5,980 nt of DNA, taken from the IMG/VR virus record IMGVR_UViG_3300045988_012479. One strand, written 5' to 3'. A program made the position numbers and the translations under genes. The stretch comes from a virus. Below are positions 5,316 to 5,980 of this stretch, piece after piece. The stretch's first letter is position 1. Each line of letters starts with the position of its first letter. The notes below the pieces were generated by a model. The model did not search any database, had not been told where the DNA came from, and was given only the letters and a program-made list of their open reading frames with translations.

Positions 5316-5980
5316 ATGAGCGTTTTATCAACAATCGGTGGAATAGCAGCAAAAGGCTTACAGTGGGCAGCGGCAAATCCACAATTAGTCACAGGAGCAA
5401 TGACACTGGCGGGAAAAGGTCTACAAGGACTATACGGACAGCAAAGCCAAAGCCAAAGCCAAGGGTACAACCAAAGCCAAAGCCAAGGAGGAGGACAAAG
5501 CAGCAGCAGCAGCCAAGGTGGAACCAATGACCAATTAATCCAAGACTATCTTAAACAGTTCTACAACTGGCAGAGCGGGCAAAACGAATTCCAGAGCAAA
5601 ACAAACCGACAAAACATGTTAATGCAAATGGGTTACAACACCCTAGGCGCAATCCAACAGGGAATCTATAACCAAATTGAACGCAATGCAGCCATGAACT
5701 ACAACAGCGCAGAAGCTCTGAAAAACAGAGAGTTTCAAGAACGCATGTCAAGCACAGCATACCAAAGAGCAGTTGAGGATATGAAAAAAGCCGGAATAAA
5801 TCCTATCCTAGCATACGCACAAGGTGGAGCGAGCACACCGGGAGGCTCAGGAGCAACCATCACAGGCGCAAGCATGGGACTACCGTCCGCAAGTGCACTA
5901 GGCGTGTCAACAATGTCAGGTAACGTACCAAACAGCTACTACAGCCGGTCAGAAAGTCAAAGCCAATGGTATCAGCTCGC
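5316..5980 (+). CDS. Minor capsid / DNA pilot protein VP2 (N-terminal 221 codons; the ORF runs off the window end and continues at bases 56-245)
   Basis: ATG 5316. It has a glycine-rich, hydrophobic N-terminus, an SQ/G low-complexity linker, and the conserved block FQERMSSTAYQRAVEDMKKAGINPILAYAQGG typical of Microviridae VP2/H-like pilot proteins. It follows VP1 directly, as in gokushoviruses. Confidence 0.88.
   Translation, partial: MSVLSTIGGIAAKGLQWAAANPQLVTGAMTLAGKGLQGLYGQQSQSQSQGYNQSQSQGGGQSSSSSQGGTNDQLIQDYLKQFYNWQSGQNEFQSKTNRQNMLMQMGYNTLGAIQQGIYNQIERNAAMNYNSAEALKNREFQERMSSTAYQRAVEDMKKAGINPILAYAQGGASTPGGSGATITGASMGLPSASALGVSTMSGNVPNSYYSRSESQSQWYQL
5442..5517 (+). repeat. Microsatellite-like tract inside VP2: (CAAAGC)3 ... 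(CAAAGC)2 ... GGAGGAGGA ... (CAG/AGC)5
   Basis: Hexanucleotide and trinucleotide tandem repeats read directly from the sequence; they encode SQSQSQGYNQSQSQGGGQSSSSSQGG. Confidence 0.8.

Noticed and set aside
1-5980. CRISPR arrays, tRNA/rRNA genes, IS/transposon ends, integrase
   Set aside because: There are no spacer-repeat periodicity, no cloverleaf-compatible segments and no inverted terminal repeats flanking a transposase. The genome is fully accounted for as a lytic microvirus.

Overview
The window is a complete circular ssDNA Microviridae genome of about 5925 nt, Gokushovirinae-like (rolling-circle Rep, 554-aa major capsid protein, VP2 pilot protein). It was linearised with a 55-nt terminal redundancy: bases 1-55 are identical to 5926-5980. 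All credible genes are on the + strand and most have Shine-Dalgarno sites, so the host is probably not Bacteroidetes. Going round the circle: VP2 minor capsid/pilot (5316, wrapping to 245); VP4 Rep (246-1265, with HUH and YVAGYVTKK active-site motifs) immediately in frame after the VP2 stop; an intrinsic terminator; a 650-nt non-coding region with nine to ten TTCAACA iterons, palindromes, a 13-bp perfect hairpin and two near-consensus sigma70-type promoters with extended -10 elements; an accessory module of small ORFs; a zinc peptidase M15 (endolysin-like); a 40-aa Arg/Lys-rich J/VP8-like protein; a 132-aa acidic scaffold-like protein (VP3?) translationally coupled to VP1; VP1 (3613-5277); and a hairpin terminator between VP1 and VP2. 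The parts most worth checking are the iteron/hairpin origin-like region, the peptidase with no holin or signal peptide, the block of unknown small ORFs, the possible untranslated RNA between the tandem promoters, and the single in-frame TAA separating VP2 from Rep. There is no CRISPR, tRNA, rRNA or transposon signature.
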